Shown piece after piece: positions 19,469 through 29,459 of a DNA stretch of 64,000 nucleotides. The position numbers were made by a program, and so were the translations under genes. Each line of letters begins with the position of its first letter. The first letter of the stretch is position 1. The stretch lies in the sequence record SRR22947727_1968; one strand, 5' to 3'. The notes under the pieces were generated by a model. That model had not been told where the DNA came from and did no database searches. It was given only the letters and a program-made list of their open reading frames with translations.

Positions 19469-21829
19469 TTATTCAGCTGCTAGTTTTTGGCTCACATCCT
19501 GCAACGCGGCCCAAACCGCAGAGGGGGTGGCCGGCATTGAAAGATTGTTATTGCCAATGGCATCCGTGATGGCGTTGATCACCGCAGGCGGCGAGCCAAT
19601 CGCACCGGCCTCCCCACAGCCCTTCATCCCAAGCGGGTTTCCAGGACAGGTGGTCGAGGCATGATGCACCGAATAATTTGGCAAATCATCGGCGCGCGGC
19701 ATGGCGTAATCCATATAGCTGGCCGAGAGCTGTTGACCGGCCGCATCATAGACAACATTTTCAAGCATCGCTTGGCCAATGCCCTGCGCGATACCGCCAT
19801 GCACTTGGCCTTCCACAATCATCGGGTTGATGATGGTGCCAAAGTCATCAGAGGCTACAAATTGCACCACCTCCGTCACCCCGGTTTCGGGATCCACTTC
19901 GACCTCACAAATGTAACACCCCGCTGGGAATGTGAAATTGGTCGGGTCATAAAAGGCGCTTTCTTTCAGACCCGGCTCCATGCCTTCGGGGATATTATGG
20001 GCCGTATAGGCTGCAAGACCAACCTCATGCCAGAGCATCTGTTTGTCAGTGCCAGCCACTTTCACGGCCCCACCTTCGATCACGATATCATCCTCGCCGG
20101 CCTCAAGCACATGGGCGGCGATTTTCTTGACCTTGGCTTCCACTTTATCCATCGCTTTCACAATGGCAGACATGCCGACAGCACCGGACCGGGAGCCATA
20201 GGTGCCCATACCAAATTGCACCTTATCGGTGTCGCCATGGACAATCTGGATGTTTTCCGTTGGCAAATCAAAACGTTCCGACACGATCTGCGCGAATGTG
20301 GTTTCATGCCCCTGCCCGTGGCTGTGCGAGCCGGTGAGGATCTCAATGGTGCCCACCGGATTGACCCGAACCTCTGCGCTTTCCCACAGGCCAACGCCTG
20401 CTCCAAGGCTTCCCACCGCAGCTGACGGTGCGATGCCGCAGGCTTCGATATAGTTGGAATAGCCCATCCCTCGCAGCTTGCCACGGCTGGCCGCTTCGGC
20501 TTTTCTTGCGGCAAAACCCGCCACATCTGCGGCCTCTTGGGCCTGCTTCAAATTGGCGTCAAAATCACCGCTGTCATAGGCCATAATCACAGGCGTTTGA
20601 TGCGGGAAGCTGCGCACGAAGTTCTTTGATCGCAGCTCGGCAGGGTCCATGCCCATTTCACGCGCCGCCGTTTCCATGATGCGTTCAACCACATAACAGG
20701 CCTCTGGGCGCCCCGCTCCGCGGTAGGCATCCACCGGCACGGTATTGGTGTAAACCGCCTGAACATCGCAATAGATATTTGCAATATCATACTGGCCTGA
20801 CAGCAATGTCGCATAGAGATAGGTCGGCACAGCCGAGCTAAACAGGGACATATACGCGCCCAAATTGGCTTTGGTGTTCACCTTCAAGCCCACAATCTTG
20901 CCATCGCTGTCAAAACCGATTTTCGCGGTTGAAACATGATCGCGCCCATGGGCATCGGTGAGGAAAGCCTCAGTGCGGTCTGAGGTCCATTTCACCGAAC
21001 GGCCCGACTTCATCGAGGCCCAAAGACAGGCAATCTCTTCGGGATAAATATAAATCTTGGATCCAAAACCGCCGCCAACATCTGGCGCAATCACCCGCAA
21101 TTTATGCTCAGGCGCGACGTTATAGAAAGCCGAGAGCACCAAACGGGCCACATGGGGGTTTTGACTGGTGGTATAAAGCGTGTAGTGATCTTCCGCCTCG
21201 TTAAAAGTGGCAATTGCAGATCGTGGCTCCATTGGATTGGGCGCCAAACGGTTGTTGGTGATCTCCATCTCCGTCACATGCGCCGCAGAGGCCAAGGCCG
21301 CGTCGGTGGGCGCCAAATCTCCAATTTCCCAGTCAAAGATCAAGTTGCCAGGGGCATTGTCATGTAGTTGCGGTGCACCGGGGGCCAAGGCCTCGACCGA
21401 GCCGACCACAACGGGCAGCTCTTCATAGGTCACAACCACCGCCTCAGCGGCCAATTTTGCCTGCGATTTGCTATCAGCCACCACAATGGCAACGGCATCA
21501 CCCACATAGCGCACCTTTTCGGTCGCCAAAGCAGACCAAGCGCCCATATTCATGGGGGTGCCATCTTTGGAGGTAATGCCCCAACCGCAGATGATGTTGC
21601 CGATGCCATCGGCGACCAATTCCGGGCCAGTCAAAACGGTTTCAACCCCCTCCATAGCCAAAGCCGCGGAGGTGTCCAGCGAGACTATCCGCGCATGCGC
21701 ATGCGGGCTGCGCACAAAGGCGGCATAGGCCTGGTTGGCCTCGATGATATCGTCTGTGTAACGGCCTTTGCCGGTGATGAATCTCTTGTCTTCCTTGCGC
21801 AAAACGCGCGCGCCAATTCCTTCTGACAT
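19469..21829 (-). CDS. coxL: Molybdopterin subunit, form II CO dehydrogenase-like
   Basis: GGGFGSK and AYRGAGR (form II signature); start MSEGIG after RBS GGGGAC. Confidence 0.9.
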   Translation of the reverse strand: MSEGIGARVLRKEDKRFITGKGRYTDDIIEANQAYAAFVRSPHAHARIVSLDTSAALAMEGVETVLTGPELVADGIGNIICGWGITSKDGTPMNMGAWSALATEKVRYVGDAVAIVVADSKSQAKLAAEAVVVTYEELPVVVGSVEALAPGAPQLHDNAPGNLIFDWEIGDLAPTDAALASAAHVTEMEITNNRLAPNPMEPRSAIATFNEAEDHYTLYTTSQNPHVARLVLSAFYNVAPEHKLRVIAPDVGGGFGSKIYIYPEEIACLWASMKSGRSVKWTSDRTEAFLTDAHGRDHVSTAKIGFDSDGKIVGLKVNTKANLGAYMSLFSSAVPTYLYATLLSGQYDIANIYCDVQAVYTNTVPVDAYRGAGRPEACYVVERIMETAAREMGMDPAELRSKNFVRSFPHQTPVIMAYDSGDFDANLKQAQEAADVAGFAARKAEAASRGKLRGMGYSNYIEACGIAPSAAVGSLGAGVGLWESAEVRVNPVGTIEILTGSHSHGQGHETTFAQIVSERFDLPTENIQIVHGDTDKVQFGMGTYGSRSGAVGMSAIVKAMDKVEAKVKKIAAHVLEAGEDDIVIEGGAVKVAGTDKQMLWHEVGLAAYTAHNIPEGMEPGLKESAFYDPTNFTFPAGCYICEVEVDPETGVTEVVQFVASDDFGTIINPMIVEGQVHGGIAQGIGQAMLENVVYDAAGQQLSASYMDYAMPRADDLPNYSVHHASTTCPGNPLGMKGCGEAGAIGSPPAVINAITDAIGNNNLSMPATPSAVWAALQDVSQKLAAE

Positions 21830-21840
21830 ATCCCGTCCCC

Positions 21841-22323
21841 CTATGCTGACGTCATCTTGGACGCACCGTCCGCGATGGATTTCACAATGTTGTGGTAGCC
21901 GGTGCAGCGACAAATATTACCTTCAAGCTCATGGCGGATATTTTCTTCCGTCAGTGTTTTGCCCTCGGCTTGATAGCGTGCGACCATATCGGTTGCGGTC
22001 ATGATCATGCCCGGGGTGCAAAACCCGCATTGCAGACCATGGTTTTCCTTAAACGCCACCTGCATGGGATGCAGCTCATCTTTCGATTTCGCCAATCCCT
22101 CCACGGTCGTCACCGCCGCACCTTCAGCACTGGCCGCGAGCATGGTGCAGGATTTCATCGCCTTGCCATCCACATGCACAACACAAGCGCCGCATTGGCT
22201 GGTGTCACAGCCCACATGGGTGCCCGTCAGTCGCAAATGATCCCGGATATATTCGACCAACAAAGTATTGCCGGCAACATCACGAGATACCGATTTGCCG
22301 TTCACAGTCATCGCAATTTTCAT
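21841..22323 (-). CDS. coxS: 2Fe-2S subunit
   Basis: [14 protein letters not shown] and CRC motifs. Confidence 0.93.
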   Translation of the reverse strand: MKIAMTVNGKSVSRDVAGNTLLVEYIRDHLRLTGTHVGCDTSQCGACVVHVDGKAMKSCTMLAASAEGAAVTTVEGLAKSKDELHPMQVAFKENHGLQCGFCTPGMIMTATDMVARYQAEGKTLTEENIRHELEGNICRCTGYHNIVKSIADGASKMTSA

Positions 22324-22480
22324 TCATTTTCTCCCTATTCGTAGTCTTTATTTTTGGCGTTATCATCTTACGCAAAGTCTTTGGCCTATGTCTCACCCAC
22401 CGTCTTGGCAAAATAACCGAAGCGCTAGGCTTCACACAAAAGACAGATCACAAAGATCAAGGCAAACGCCTCCCAATTTA

Positions 22481-22495
22481 TTAACAATGGGTTAA
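22481..22495. promoter_or_regulatory. CtrA-like TTAA-N7-TTAA site
   Basis: TTAACAATGGGTTAA, with a nearby palindrome GTTAAG-GT-CTTAAC at 22506-22519. Confidence 0.4.
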
Positions 22496-22666
22496 GCGCA
22501 GGAACGTTAAGGTCTTAACAATGAGCTTATTGTATTCCTTTCATTATGCAAGACGCGACGTGCCGAAACCATCGCGTCGCCAGCCATCGCCCCCCGGCGA
22601 GCGACCAACACGAGACAACAACTCTCAACAAACGATCTGTTTGGATGGTAAAGGTGGACGCAACGC

Positions 22667-23884
22667 TCATGCACAAATTGTGCGCAAGAACTTCGGAATT
22701 TGTTTTTTGACCTTAAAGAATCCCGCGGTCGCATGGGGCCAGATCATCGCATCCCAATCGCGCCGCCATTCCGTCAAGGAAATGCCGGCCGCCTCGAGCT
22801 CTGGTTGGGCGCGCGCAAGCCAATCGCGCAGGGGGCCAACAGGCACATAGGGCGTCACAATTTGCTGCGCGCCCGATTGCAGCGCCCACCGCGCAAGATC
22901 TGACGGCGCGCCAATCTGCATCGCTGAGACAGCAAGACCCGATCTTTGCGCAACATCGGCCAAAGCACCCGCCTCGAACCGCACCACAAGCTGCGCGACA
23001 TCACGCGGCGAACGCAGGGGGCTCGCCGCCAAAGTGGCCGCAGCGGTGCAGATCAAGTCTCGAAAGGGAAAATCTTCGATCCGGCAATCCTCCTCCGTCA
23101 ACAAAAGCGCGGTTGGAAGGTGCAGTTGCGGCGCATTTGGCACCCTTGGAGGATTGCACTCTGGCAGCCCGTCAGGTTCAAGCGCCTCCAGCCCAGAGGC
23201 GCTCTGCGTCAACTCTTGCGCGCGCGGCACAAAGCGTTCTTCGGTGAAGTGCGCAATATTGCTCGCCTGTGCGACATAGGGTTTGCCGCGCGTGTGCAGC
23301 CCCGCGACCCAGCGCCAACTCAAGGTATTGGAGGCCGGATCCCCGTCTAACAAGTTCCTCAAGAAAAAATCTGCCCCAAGGCGCCATGGCAATTTAAGCG
23401 TGAAGATCCAAATGGAGGCAAACCACATCCGCGCATGGTTGTGCAAATATCCGGTCTCAATCAGCTCAGCGGCCCAACTGTCGAAATAGTCCAGCCCGGT
23501 TTGCGCCGTTTCGGCGGCATGAACCGCTTGGCGCAGCCCCTCGTCACCCTCCAGCGCGGCCAAGTCTTGCCGCAACCCCGCGGTATAGTTGTTCCACACC
23601 TCGGGCCGCTGTTCCAACCACCCCTTAAAATAACTGCGCCAAATCACCTCATCAATGAACTTCGCAGAGGCTTCAGCGCCTTGCGTTTTTATGGCCGTGG
23701 CGATGACCTCGGGCTCAGTTATGAGCCGGCGTCGGATATAGGCTGATAGCATCGACACATCCCGATGCGCAGCCGGTCCCCGATCGAAGTTGCGCCCCTG
23801 GGCATAATCGCGCCCCATTTTCGCGGAAAACTGTTCAAGCCGCGCTTGCCCCGCCGCACGGGTTGCCGTCATCACTTGTGCCAT
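22667..23884 (-). CDS. Inverted-domain photolyase (NewPHL-like; FAD domain N-terminal)
   Basis: 405 aa. Begins directly with the catalytic domain (VSMLSAY, TGYLHNHARMWFAS, LLDGDPASNTLSWRW) and ends in a short alpha/beta C-terminal part. Confidence 0.8.
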   Translation of the reverse strand: MAQVMTATRAAGQARLEQFSAKMGRDYAQGRNFDRGPAAHRDVSMLSAYIRRRLITEPEVIATAIKTQGAEASAKFIDEVIWRSYFKGWLEQRPEVWNNYTAGLRQDLAALEGDEGLRQAVHAAETAQTGLDYFDSWAAELIETGYLHNHARMWFASIWIFTLKLPWRLGADFFLRNLLDGDPASNTLSWRWVAGLHTRGKPYVAQASNIAHFTEERFVPRAQELTQSASGLEALEPDGLPECNPPRVPNAPQLHLPTALLLTEEDCRIEDFPFRDLICTAAATLAASPLRSPRDVAQLVVRFEAGALADVAQRSGLAVSAMQIGAPSDLARWALQSGAQQIVTPYVPVGPLRDWLARAQPELEAAGISLTEWRRDWDAMIWPHATAGFFKVKKQIPKFLRTICA

Positions 23885-23907
23885 CGCCAGCTCCTATGTT
23901 GCCTCTG

Positions 23908-24004
23908 AGCTATAGCGGCACGCCGATATTGCAATGCGCTCTTGGCCTCTCACCCAGCAAAAATTCAAAGCACCGCGTTGCAGCGCGGTCAAATCAATCT
24001 AGTT
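23908..24004. promoter_or_regulatory. Back-to-back RpoH-II-like promoters
   Basis: Minus strand TTG-N18-ATAGCT (23934-23908); plus strand TTG-N18-CTAGTT (23978-24004). Confidence 0.5.
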
Positions 24005-24055
24005 GAAGGTTCCAAGAGTGGGCACCAGCCTGGGCAAAACGGAATTGAGGGAAAA

Positions 24056-25597
24056 GTGGCGGTATTACGCGTAATCTTAGGCGATCAGCTCAGTCCAACA
24101 ATATCGAGTTTGCACGGTGCCGATAAGACCAAAGACACCATCTTGATCTGTGAAGTTCAGCAAGAAGCCACCTATGTCAAACACCATAAGAAAAAACTGG
24201 TCTTCATTTTCTCCGCCATGCGGCATTTCGCACAAGAGCTGCGGGACGCAAAATACCGGGTGATCTACCACAAGCTCGATGATGCCACGCCTGTGTCACG
24301 CTTTTCCGATGCAGTGACCCGCGCGGCTCAAATGGGCGATTTTGACGAAATCGTCGTAACAGAGCCCAGCGAATATCGTGTTTTGGAAGAGATCAAGCTT
24401 TGGCCTGATCTGCTAAATCTGCCGGTCGATATCCGCCCCGACACGCGATTTCTCGCCAGCCACAGCGACTTTCAGAACTGGAGCGCGGGGCGCAAATCCT
24501 TGCGCATGGAATATTTCTATCGTGAAATGCGCAAGCGTTACAGTATCTTGATGGAGGGTGACCAGCCGATTGGAGATCAATGGAATTTTGACAGCGACAA
24601 CCGCAAAGCGCCCAATGCGACACTGACCATTCCCGACACGTTTCGCCTTGCGCCCGATGACGTCACCCAAGAGGTCTGCGCGATGGTCGAACAGCTGTTC
24701 CCCGACCATATGGGCGCCGCCACCCCCTTCCATTTCGCCGTGACCGCTGAGGGCGCACGCGCGGCATTGCAGCAATTTGTTGAGGAACGCTTGGCCTTCT
24801 TTGGCGATTACCAAGATGCCATGCTTCAAGATGAAGCCTGGATGTTCCATGCCCATATTGGGCTCTATCTCAACACCGGCTTGTTGCTTCCGCTTGAGTG
24901 TATTGCCGCAGCCGAGCAGGCCTATCATCGAGGTCAAGCGCCTCTCAATGCGGTTGAAGGCTTTATAAGGCAAATTTTGGGGTGGCGCGAATTTGTGCGC
25001 GGTCTCTATTGGCAAAATATGCCCGGCTATGAAACGCTCAACTTTTTTGATGCCCAGCGCGATCTACCCAACTTCTACTGGACCGCTGACACGCGCATGA
25101 ACTGTTTGCGCCAATCGGTGCAAGAGACGATAGATCATGCCTATGCGCACCACATCCAAAGGTTGATGGTTCTGGGGAATTTTGCGCTCCTGGCCGGTAT
25201 CTTGCCCGCGCAGGTCAATGACTGGTTTTTAAGCGTTTATGCCGATGCCTTCGAATGGGTTGAACTGCCAAATGTCTCGGGCATGGCGCTCTTTGCCGAT
25301 GGCGGTAAATTGGCCAGCAAACCCTATGCCTCTGGCGGTGGCTATATCAACAAAATGTCCAACTATTGCAAAGGCTGCAGCTATAGCGTCACGGCGAAAA
25401 ACGGCCCAAAGGCCTGCCCATTTAATTACCTTTATTGGGATTTTCTCGACCGCAACCGCGCCAAGCTGCGCGCCAATCCACGGGTTGGCATGATGTACCG
25501 GGTTTACGATCGCATGGATGCCGACAAACAACAGGCCATCCGATCCGATGCCGAACAGTTTTTTAAAGATCTCGCAACAAAAGACCGCACCCCATGA
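24056..25597 (+). CDS. FeS-cluster cryptochrome/(6-4) photolyase (PhrB/CryB family)
   Basis: LGDQL, HHKKK and YAHHIQRLMV motifs; four Fe-S Cys (MNCL, YCKGC, ACPF); GTG start after RBS GAGG. Confidence 0.9.
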   Translation: MAVLRVILGDQLSPTISSLHGADKTKDTILICEVQQEATYVKHHKKKLVFIFSAMRHFAQELRDAKYRVIYHKLDDATPVSRFSDAVTRAAQMGDFDEIVVTEPSEYRVLEEIKLWPDLLNLPVDIRPDTRFLASHSDFQNWSAGRKSLRMEYFYREMRKRYSILMEGDQPIGDQWNFDSDNRKAPNATLTIPDTFRLAPDDVTQEVCAMVEQLFPDHMGAATPFHFAVTAEGARAALQQFVEERLAFFGDYQDAMLQDEAWMFHAHIGLYLNTGLLLPLECIAAAEQAYHRGQAPLNAVEGFIRQILGWREFVRGLYWQNMPGYETLNFFDAQRDLPNFYWTADTRMNCLRQSVQETIDHAYAHHIQRLMVLGNFALLAGILPAQVNDWFLSVYADAFEWVELPNVSGMALFADGGKLASKPYASGGGYINKMSNYCKGCSYSVTAKNGPKACPFNYLYWDFLDRNRAKLRANPRVGMMYRVYDRMDADKQQAIRSDAEQFFKDLATKDRTP

Positions 25598-26067
25598 ATT
25601 TTCTTAACAGCCGCGCCATTCGAACCCAAATCCCCACCGCCCCCTTGTGGCTTGGCCTTGCCGGCGTGCTGCCGTTTCTTTGGGGGGCTATAAGCGCTTG
25701 GAACACGGATATTTCCCGACCGATCGCCGATTGGCTCGGCCCCGGTTTTTTGGGGCGCGATCTACAGCTGACCTATGGCGCGGTGATCTTATCGTTTATG
25801 TCCGGGGTGCTTTGGGGGTTCGCGTGTAAAGCAACAAAGCAAAACGCCCCCTTATTTTTCGGCCTATCGGTCCTTCCAGCGCTCTGGGCGACTTTCGTGC
25901 TGGCCAGCAACGCGCCCGAGCAGCTTGCGGCGCTCAGCGCCGGATTCTTGGCGCTCTTCGGCCTTGATATCGTGTTCTTCCGTCACCGATTGACGCCAGA
26001 TTGGTGGCTGAAATTGCGCGCGCTGCTGACGGCTTTGGTTTTGACCTGTTTGAGTGTTCCCGTTTAA
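25594..26067 (+). CDS. DUF3429 membrane protein
   Basis: LGLAGVLPF and YGAVILSFMSGVLWG motifs; ATGA overlap. Confidence 0.8.
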   Translation: MNFLNSRAIRTQIPTAPLWLGLAGVLPFLWGAISAWNTDISRPIADWLGPGFLGRDLQLTYGAVILSFMSGVLWGFACKATKQNAPLFFGLSVLPALWATFVLASNAPEQLAALSAGFLALFGLDIVFFRHRLTPDWWLKLRALLTALVLTCLSVPV

Positions 26068-26140
26068 TGTAGCGCAGCAGGTGTTTACTTTTCAGTTCAT
26101 TCCCATGACTAAGTTCTCATACATTTAAATCTGGAAACTC

Positions 26141-27346
26141 ATGCGGATCTCAACTCCTGAATTTATCGCCCTGATGGCCATGCTGGTCGCGACGGTTGCC
26201 ATCTCGATCGATGCGATGTTGCCGGCGCTGCCCGATATCGCTGCGCAACTGACACCTGAGCGCCCCAATAACGTGCAGTTGATCTTGTCGACCTTCATTA
26301 TTGGCATGTCTGCCGGTACATTAATCGCCGGCCCGCTGTCGGACAGCTTTGGCCGTAAAACCGTGATTTATTGGGGCGCGGGGCTTTATATTTTGGCCTC
26401 CATCATCTGTATTTTCGCCAGCAATCTTGAGACCATGATTATTGCGCGCCTCTGTCAAGGCTTCGGTGCCGCCGCCCCGCGCGTTGTCTCCCAAGCTTTG
26501 ATCCGCGATCTGTATTCTGGGCGCCAAATGGCACGGATTTCCTCATTTGTTATGATTATTTTCTCCATTGTTCCCGCTCTTGCCCCCTTGCTTGGGGCAG
26601 GATTGATCTCAATTTTTGCTTGGCAATCAATCTTTGTGATTTTCATTGTATTTTCAGCCCTGAGCACCACTTGGACCGGATTGCGAATTCAAGAACCCCT
26701 AGCACCAGAGCAGCGCATCCCCTTCCGCAGAAAGGCTTTTCAAACCGCCTTGGTCGAGATATTTTCCCTCGGCATGGTGCGCATGTCGATGCTGACCATG
26801 GTGTTTGCCTATGCGATGCTGTTTTTGAGCATCCTCATGGTGCAACAGATCTTCGATCAATTCTACAACCGCGCCGACAGTTTTCCCCAATGGTTTGCCT
26901 TGGTGGCGGGCCTGTCCGCCTCGGCCAGTTTTCTCAACTCCATGATCGTCATGCGCCTCGGAATGCGTCGCCTGATCAGTGCGGCCCTGCGCATACAGAT
27001 CGTCTGGAGCCTCGGGATGCTGCTTCTATACGCGCAAGGGCTGATGGCCGGTGATCTTGGCTTTGCGCTTTTCATCTTTTGGATTTTCGGACTGTTTTTT
27101 CAAGCCGGAATGACGTTGGGCAACCTCACAGCTTTGGCTATGGAGCCACTCGGGCATATCGCCGGCACAGCCGCCAGCGTCACCAGCGCGGTTGCGACCT
27201 TGGGCTCTATCCTATTGGCCTCGGTCGCCGGGCAATTTTTTGACGGGACACCGCTCATATTGATTGTCGCCATCTTTGTATTGTCTATCTGTGGATCCCT
27301 CAGCGCTCATCGCCTGAAACGATTTGAACGCAGGGCGGCGGTGTAA
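26141..27346 (+). CDS. Bcr/CflA-type MFS efflux transporter
   Basis: SIDAMLPALP and GPLSDSFGRK motifs; about 12 TMs. Confidence 0.9.
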   Translation: MRISTPEFIALMAMLVATVAISIDAMLPALPDIAAQLTPERPNNVQLILSTFIIGMSAGTLIAGPLSDSFGRKTVIYWGAGLYILASIICIFASNLETMIIARLCQGFGAAAPRVVSQALIRDLYSGRQMARISSFVMIIFSIVPALAPLLGAGLISIFAWQSIFVIFIVFSALSTTWTGLRIQEPLAPEQRIPFRRKAFQTALVEIFSLGMVRMSMLTMVFAYAMLFLSILMVQQIFDQFYNRADSFPQWFALVAGLSASASFLNSMIVMRLGMRRLISAALRIQIVWSLGMLLLYAQGLMAGDLGFALFIFWIFGLFFQAGMTLGNLTALAMEPLGHIAGTAASVTSAVATLGSILLASVAGQFFDGTPLILIVAIFVLSICGSLSAHRLKRFERRAAV

Positions 27347-27492
27347 GATGCAATCACCGCAGCAGGCAAACCGCCGGCGCCGCAAGGCCGCGACTTGACA
27401 AGGGCGCCTATTTTCACTCCAAATTCACCGAAGACGGCGCGGAGTTTCAGAACTGAAAGCGAGTCTCGGCAACACCGTAATAAGGACAAGTC

Positions 27493-28389
27493 ATGAATAA
27501 CACAGCAGAGACGATCGGATTTATAGGCGTTGGCCTTATGGGACACGGTATTGCAAAGAACCTCTTGGCGGCAGGTTACCCAGTCTATGTTCTGGCCCAT
27601 CGCAATCGCGCGCCCGTGGAAGATCTTTTGTCCAAAGGCGCAAAGGAGGTCAAAACTCTGGCCGATATGGCGCGTAATACAACGGTCATCCACATTTGCG
27701 CGCCCGGCTCACCAGAGGTGGAAGCGGTCGTGGCCAAGCTCTTGCCCGATCTGCGTCCAGACACAGTGATCATTGACTGCTCAACCTCAGATCCCAATTC
27801 GACCACGCGACTGGCCGCGCGCCTGGCGGAACATGGCTGCCATATGGCCGATGCACCTCTGGGCGGCACACCCGTTCAGGCCGAATCCGGCGAATTGTCG
27901 ACCATGATTGGGGCAACAGAAGACATTTTTGCCCGCATTAAACCCGTGGTCGAAACTTGGGCGCGTTCCATCGTGCACATGGGAGACAATGGCGCCGGGC
28001 ACAAAATGAAACTGCTCAACAATTTTTTGTCGCTCGGATATGCCGCGATGTATTCGGAGGCCCTAGCTCTGGCCGAAAAAGTCGGCATCACCACCGCACA
28101 ATTTGACTCCGTTATTCGTGGCAGCCGAATGGATTGCGGATTTTATCAAACCTTCATGGGCTACGCTGTGGAGGGCAATCGCGAGGCGCATAAATTCACG
28201 CTGAAAAACGCTTTGAAAGATACAAGTTATCTTGCCAACATGGCCGATGGTGTCAATTTGGCAAATCCCATTGGTGGCGCGGTGAAAAATAGTTTTGCCT
28301 TGGCATTCGCAGCAGGTGGTGACGGCCCGGAAGATTATGTGCCGCATCTGGTGGATTATGTTATGGCGCAAAATGGCGTGAAAAAATGA
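27493..28389 (+). CDS. Beta-hydroxyacid (3-hydroxyisobutyrate-type) dehydrogenase
   Basis: FIGVGLMG, DAPLGG and KLLNN (catalytic Lys) motifs. Confidence 0.88.
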   Translation: MNNTAETIGFIGVGLMGHGIAKNLLAAGYPVYVLAHRNRAPVEDLLSKGAKEVKTLADMARNTTVIHICAPGSPEVEAVVAKLLPDLRPDTVIIDCSTSDPNSTTRLAARLAEHGCHMADAPLGGTPVQAESGELSTMIGATEDIFARIKPVVETWARSIVHMGDNGAGHKMKLLNNFLSLGYAAMYSEALALAEKVGITTAQFDSVIRGSRMDCGFYQTFMGYAVEGNREAHKFTLKNALKDTSYLANMADGVNLANPIGGAVKNSFALAFAAGGDGPEDYVPHLVDYVMAQNGVKK

Positions 28390-28438
28390 GCGCCATATTG
28401 CGCCCATGCGGCGCAATTGATCGCAAAAAGGCTATGAG

Positions 28439-29338
28439 ATGACTTATTCAGCCGGCGCAGCTTGGATGGACGGCAAGGTCATACCGGTATCGGAGGCCAA
28501 AATTTCGGTGTTTGATTGGGGTTTGACCCGCTCTGATATCACATATGATGTCGTCCATGTATGGGAAGGCGCCTTCTTTCGGCTGGAAGATTACTTAGAC
28601 CGCTTCATGGTTTCGATGGATAAATTGCGGCTTGATGTGGGCATGACTCGCGCAGAGATAAAGGCGGCTCTGGTCGAATTGGTGGCCACATCGGGGCTAA
28701 AGTCCGCCTATGTCTCCATGGTGGCCTCCCGCGGCACACCGCAGGTTCCCGGCACGCGTGATCCAAGAGCCTGCACCAACCATTTTTACGCCTGGGCCGT
28801 TCCATTCATCTGGGTGATCCCACAGGAGGTGGCACAACGAGGCGCCCATATTTCTGTAGAAGAGAACCTGCGGCGTATCCCGCCTCACTCAGTTGATCCG
28901 ACGGTTAAAAACTATCACTGGGGTGACATGACCGCTGCCCTATTTAACGCATTAGATGCCGGCTATGACACCACCGTATTGCTCGACACCGATGGCTATA
29001 TAACCGAAGGGCCGGGCTTTAATATCTTTGCAGTTATTGACGGTAAAGTGCTGACACCCAGATCGGGAATGCTCGAAGGCATTTCCAGAAAAACCGTCTT
29101 GGAGATTTGCGCCGACCTTGGCATTCCCTGTGCACAGACCGACATTAGTCTTGATGAATTCCTATCCGCCGATGAGGTTTTTACCGCAACCACAGCCGGT
29201 GGCCCGGTGCCTGTGACGCGCGTGAATAAAACCATTTTGGGCAATGATGCCGTCGGCCCCATCACGGCACGACTGCTCAAAACCTATTGGGATTGGCACA
29301 ATCGCGATGATTTGACGGAGAAAATCACCTACGTTTAA
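28439..29338 (+). CDS. PLP fold-IV aminotransferase, probably (R)-selective amine transaminase
   Basis: RSDITYDV, AYVSMVASRG, DPTVKNYHWGD and EGPGFN motifs. Confidence 0.8.
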   Translation: MTYSAGAAWMDGKVIPVSEAKISVFDWGLTRSDITYDVVHVWEGAFFRLEDYLDRFMVSMDKLRLDVGMTRAEIKAALVELVATSGLKSAYVSMVASRGTPQVPGTRDPRACTNHFYAWAVPFIWVIPQEVAQRGAHISVEENLRRIPPHSVDPTVKNYHWGDMTAALFNALDAGYDTTVLLDTDGYITEGPGFNIFAVIDGKVLTPRSGMLEGISRKTVLEICADLGIPCAQTDISLDEFLSADEVFTATTAGGPVPVTRVNKTILGNDAVGPITARLLKTYWDWHNRDDLTEKITYV

Positions 29339-29459
29339 GCGCCTCTTTCACCTCAAGTTTTTGAACGGCAAGCGGCGCCCTTTTGATTGAATATCCTTAA
29401 ACAGATTGCCACCCTGCCCATTCCCCGTCACTGTGAACCCGATAAGGAGTGTGGCGCAG

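Noticed and set aside
19469-21829. Bona fide form I CO dehydrogenase
   Set aside because: The active-site loop is AYRGAGR, not AYxCSFR.
27493-28389. Imine reductase paired with the R-transaminase
   Set aside because: It retains the catalytic Lys motif KLLNN of beta-hydroxyacid dehydrogenases.
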